IMG/VR virus record: IMGVR_UViG_2579778613_000002
Coordinates: 1 to 19,866 of that record
Source: a virus
Lineage: Duplodnaviria > Heunggongvirae > Uroviricota > Caudoviricetes
Direction: 5' to 3' (one strand)
DNA: 19,866 nt
The notes below the pieces were generated by a model. That model was not told the origin of the DNA and made no database searches. It saw nothing but the letters and a program-made list of their open reading frames with translations. This document shows, one piece after another, positions 18,495 to 19,866 of this stretch (positions are counted from its first letter, which is position 1; each line of letters begins with the position of its first letter). The position numbers and the translations under genes are program-made.

Positions 18495-18737
18495 TCAATA
18501 ATGTGGGAATTGGCTACTATTTTGCAAGATAACCCAAGATGGGCGAAACAAGTCAAAAACATTGATGCTTAACAGGGCTTCATTTATTGATTTTTTTTCA
18601 TCCGTAGAAACTCCGCGTCCTGCATTTGACATTACAAGCTGACCATTAACTATTTCACTACATTGTTTTACATAACTACCTGGCGGTATTGATTGAAAGT
18701 TACATGTACCATTTATTATTTTATCAATTTCACTCAT
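18495..18737 (-). CDS. AT-rich moron ORF (80 aa); function unknown
   Basis: ORF-track ORF. SD GAGG 5 nt upstream of the ATG. Strikingly AT-rich compared with neighbours, and followed by its own terminator. Protein has no motif I recognise. Confidence 0.5.
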   Translation of the reverse strand: MSEIDKIINGTCNFQSIPPGSYVKQCSEIVNGQLVMSNAGRGVSTDEKKSINEALLSINVFDLFRPSWVILQNSSQFPHY

Positions 18738-19176
18738 ATCAACCTCGTCTAGTTGTTCGTCATAGATTCAGTGGCTGGCGGTGACGATTCCGCTTTTCGG
18801 GAGCTACCCTAGCCACTGCTTGATTCTATCCGATGTCTTTCCATCAGTCCGCCACCACAAAGAATCTTTTTTGCCATAAGGCAGGAGGTTCATCTTTCAG
18901 TGGCTGCCAGTGTTATTTCCCCGCTTTCTGGCTTGGGTTGTTTCGCTGTACTGCCGTAACTGGTTACCAAGAATAAATTTTGGTTTCATTATCAAGCCCA
19001 TCCGTAGATAGGCTTTGTAATGAACTGGCTCTTATCTCAACGCAGCCCCTTACCGCGCGCCATATGCTTAACTTCAAGCATCAGCAATGAGATGTTAAAT
19101 CTGGATTCACTCCAGAAGTGATCACCACCCTGTCTACAGAGCCAGATGTGAAGGATGATGAGTAAAATTATCGCTA

Positions 19177-19653
19177 TCATCGAAGGCATTGCGTCCTGAT
19201 GTATTCCTGAAGCGTTCTCAGTGCTGTTTGGTCGCGGATAATTCCGTCCCGGACACCGAGAACGTTTCGTCCAGCAACTGGAGAGAGTTCGACGGTGGCA
19301 TCATTGCCCATGCCGGAGGCGCCGGAGGCGCCGGAGGTTTCGGCTGAGGATGGCACAGGGCATTTTCCTTTGACGAGCACCCTGCCACCATTATCAAGCT
19401 TGCGCCGAAGAGCATCATTTTCAGCTTTCGCATCAGCTAACTCCTTCGTGTATTTAGCATCGAGTGCATCAGCAGCACGCTGGCGTTGCTGCATGTCAGT
19501 AATGGTGGCGGTCGCCTGCTTCAGCTCACTGACTTTTTTATCACGCTGTTCTTTGTAGGCGATGGCGTTATCACGGTAATGATTAACAGCCCATGACAGG
19601 CAGACGATGATGCAGATAACCAGAGCGGAGATAATCGCGGTTACTCTACTCAT
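19177..19653 (-). CDS. Rz: Rz-like inner-membrane spanin (i-spanin), P22 gene 15 homolog
   Basis: ORF-track ORF 19177-19665 begins at a GTG. The ATG at 19653 ([23 protein letters not shown]...) is preferred: SD GGGGG lies 5 nt upstream and it overlaps the lysozyme stop (ATGA). N-terminal TM helix followed by a charged coiled-coil periplasmic domain. Confidence 0.85.
19218..19433 (-). CDS. Rz1: Rz1-like outer-membrane lipoprotein spanin (o-spanin), embedded in Rz in a different reading frame
   Basis: ORF-track ORF lying entirely within Rz. [19 protein letters not shown] lipoprotein signal with lipobox, followed by a proline-rich segment [14 protein letters not shown] typical of Rz1. Confidence 0.8.
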   Translation of the reverse strand: MRKLKMMLFGASLIMVAGCSSKENALCHPQPKPPAPPAPPAWAMMPPSNSLQLLDETFSVSGTELSATKQH

Positions 19654-19865
19654 TGTTGCCCCCACAAACAGACTTCACGCTCAATCTCACGGCGAGTCAT
19701 CAGCCCTTTCCATTGCTTACCGCCAGCGTATGTCCAGCGCCGTAGCTGATCACATGCGCCTTTGATATCGCCCTGGTTTATTTTGCGAAGAAGCGTCGAT
19801 GTTCTGAAATTTCCAGCACCAACGTTGTAAACGAACGAGTAAAGAGCGCCGCGCGTTGTTTCCGG
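19650..19865 (-). CDS. gp19: Phage lysozyme (endolysin), C-terminal 71 codons; 5' end lies beyond the window end, P22 gp19 homolog
   Basis: Hand translation of the minus strand from the window edge gives [71 protein letters not shown], a T4-lysozyme-like C-terminus matching P22 lysozyme as recalled. Stop TGA overlaps the Rz ATG. Confidence 0.8.
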
Positions 19866-19866
19866 T

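Noticed and set aside
19155-19199. Plus-strand mini-[17 protein letters not shown] after an AAGGA motif
   Set aside because: The SD-to-start spacing is too short (0-3 nt) and the ORF is only 14 codons, overlapping the Rz 3' end. Likely chance.
19295-19558. ORF 19295-19558 (+) and the GTG-started extension of Rz (19654-19665)
   Set aside because: The plus ORF is antisense within Rz/Rz1 with a Ser/Ala-rich low-complexity product. The Rz extension lacks an RBS, whereas the ATG at 19653 has one and overlaps the lysozyme stop.

Overview
This window is the late (morphogenesis) region of a P22-like temperate podovirus or prophage, with almost all core genes on the minus strand. Gene order, lengths and N-terminal sequences match the P22 pattern as I remember it; no database search was possible. 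Reading right to left: lysozyme (3' part only), Rz with embedded Rz1, a ~440 bp non-coding structured gap, an AT-rich moron, a conserved small phage protein, an 80-aa ORF, TerS (containing a P22-type pac sequence), TerL, portal, scaffold, coat, a small acidic ORF, gp4, gp10, gp26, a gene-14-position protein, gp7, gp20 and gp16. Left of gp16 lies an accessory and immunity-I-like region: a small membrane protein, a lipoprotein, a coiled-coil mini-protein, then divergent mnt and arc operons and the start of ant. Features beyond the standard P22 layout are: two paralogous HNH endonuclease genes inserted antisense at the TerL/portal and scaffold/coat junctions; a 67-aa double-CxxC ORF translationally coupled between arc and ant; a sar-like antisense RNA over the ant start; and a signal-peptide protein coupled to mnt. 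No tRNA, rRNA, CRISPR array or transposase was seen. All sub-ORF coordinates were derived by hand from the ORF-track anchors and may be off by a base or two.
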